Source of the DNA: Betaproteobacteria bacterium
GTDB lineage: Bacteria; Pseudomonadota; Gammaproteobacteria; Burkholderiales; Eutrophovitaceae
DNA: 49,930 nucleotides
NCBI GenBank assembly: GCA_020346185.1
Contig: CP070775.1
Span: 3,092,809-3,142,738 of the forward strand
Direction of reading: 5' to 3'
Under the pieces are notes generated by a model. That model was not told the origin of the DNA. It did not search any database and was given only the letters and a program-made list of their open reading frames with translations. A program made the translations under genes and the position numbers. Positions within the stretch are counted from its first letter, which is position 1, and each line of letters opens with the position of its first letter. Positions 48,710 through 49,930 of the stretch are shown here, in pieces.

Positions 48710-49930
48710 TTAAACAAGCACGACTTCTCGGGGCCAGGGATGATTCCGGCAGTGCTGCCACAGGTTGTCGATGTGGCTCAGCGAGAAAAGGCTTTGAACG
48801 CGATGGACCCAGATGGCCCCGGTTTCGGTAATGGTCCAGCCCGCTGCGTCGCTTCTTGCCAAACCCGCAGCACGCAGGCCGGTCAACAGCAATCCGAAAT
48901 CGCGCTTAAGACTGCGGCCAAACAGCGCCTGATAGCGGCTGGCCTCGATATGCGTGCCGTAAATTGCCCAATATAGCCAGTGAGCCCGCCGCAGCCGCTC
49001 CCCCGCTTGCATAACTAATGCCGGGTGCACAACCATGCTGCCGGCATACTCAGGAACTGAAAACGTATTGAACCAGAACACGCCGCCGACCTTCGATCCC
49101 GCCCCTGCCCCAAATCCGACGTAGTCCTCGTGAGTCACAGTGGAATAGGGCGAAAGACCAGTTCGTGTAAAACTCCATACTGACGTGCGCTGCAAGCCGG
49201 CCGCACGGCAAACCCGCGACACCGCCTTCAACGCACGCAGCCGCTCGCGCTCCCCTGAGTCTTGCACCCGGCCATTGCGTCCAAACGAACTGTGAGCGAA
49301 GTGAAACAGGGGATAGGCCGAGACTTGGTCGGCACCGAGCGCGAGGCAGCGTTCGGCGTCCGTTGCCGAGTCTTCTGCGCGTTGTCCCGGCATCCCGATA
49401 ATCAAGTTCACGTCCACGCAGCTGAAGGCAACGGAACGCGCGGCCCGAATGGCCTCGAGGGCACTCTGCGGATCATATCGACGCGCGAGCTTTCGTAACA
49501 AGTCATCTCGCAAGCTCTCGACGCCGAGACTGATTCTATTCACCCCCGCTTCGCGAAGACGCGCGAGCAATGCGGACGATGCGTCGGCCGGGTGTACCTC
49601 AACCCCAATCTCAGCTGCGAAGGCCAACTTCGAGCGCACCATCGTCACGACCTGTTCGATCAGTTTCGGTGTTTGACTTGGTGTACCACCGCCGAAATAC
49701 AGAGTCCTGATCGTTGGCACACCGGGACGCCTTAAATATCCGGCCACTTCCCGCTCCAGCGCCCTTCCGTATGCGTTCACAAGATCGCTGCGCATCAGTA
49801 CGCGGTTATACGGGCAGTGAGGACATAATTGTTTGCAAAACGGTAAGTGGACATACAGATTAGAACTGACCCCGTGCGGAAAGTCCGTCTGCGCAGACGG
49901 TGCCCGAAACACCAGCGGCCAAGCGTTCGG
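48710..49930 (-). CDS. HemN-like radical SAM protein (probably 5'-truncated by the window edge)
   Basis: LYVHLPFCKQLCPHCPY (CxxxCxxC), YFGGGTPS, NRISLGVES, YVGFGAGA; frame stays open to the window end. Confidence 0.9.
   Translation of the reverse strand, partial: PNAWPLVFRAPSAQTDFPHGVSSNLYVHLPFCKQLCPHCPYNRVLMRSDLVNAYGRALEREVAGYLRRPGVPTIRTLYFGGGTPSQTPKLIEQVVTMVRSKLAFAAEIGVEVHPADASSALLARLREAGVNRISLGVESLRDDLLRKLARRYDPQSALEAIRAARSVAFSCVDVNLIIGMPGQRAEDSATDAERCLALGADQVSAYPLFHFAHSSFGRNGRVQDSGERERLRALKAVSRVCRAAGLQRTSVWSFTRTGLSPYSTVTHEDYVGFGAGAGSKVGGVFWFNTFSVPEYAGSMVVHPALVMQAGERLRRAHWLYWAIYGTHIEASRYQALFGRSLKRDFGLLLTGLRAAGLARSDAAGWTITETGAIWVHRVQSLFSLSHIDNLWQHCRNHPWPREVVLV

Noticed and set aside
107-49676. 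Numerous overlapping or antisense ORFs in the six-frame track
   Set aside because: Shadow ORFs of GC-rich coding genes, with Arg/Ala/Pro-rich translations lacking motifs

Overview
A GC-rich bacterial chromosomal window, probably from a proteobacterium (inferred from gene content). It holds mostly accessory metabolic and transport genes: a MOSC protein, an Urt-like amide/urea ABC transporter with a fused permease-ATPase, MaoC, a D-2-hydroxyacid dehydrogenase, a penicillin-acylase-family hydrolase, GGT, a cupin/formamidase/NTF2 operon, an acyl-CoA ligase, a CmcJ/NvfI oxidoreductase, LOG, a methyltransferase, a PQQ sugar dehydrogenase, an SDR, a DMT, a GldAFG-like/DUF4340 ABC system, a PLP decarboxylase, agmatinase, YjiH, CHAD+ParA, CIA30, 3-hydroxybutyryl-CoA dehydrogenase, SRPBCC and a HemN-like radical SAM. 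There are also several pseudogenes. I saw no rRNA, tRNA, CRISPR array or intact mobile element. Two features the ORF track does not explain stand out. (1) Two paralogous regulatory cassettes, 16 kb apart, share the same layout and spacing: a GACGTCGC-N8-GACGAG box, a sigma54 promoter, a c-di-GMP-I (GEMM) riboswitch (one canonical, one variant), a structured leader and an uncharacterised secreted Cys-rich protein. (2) A three-copy family of small acidic proteins shares a conserved promoter, and two copies end in terminator hairpins with anti-Shine-Dalgarno-like loops. All calls were made by eye, without database searches.
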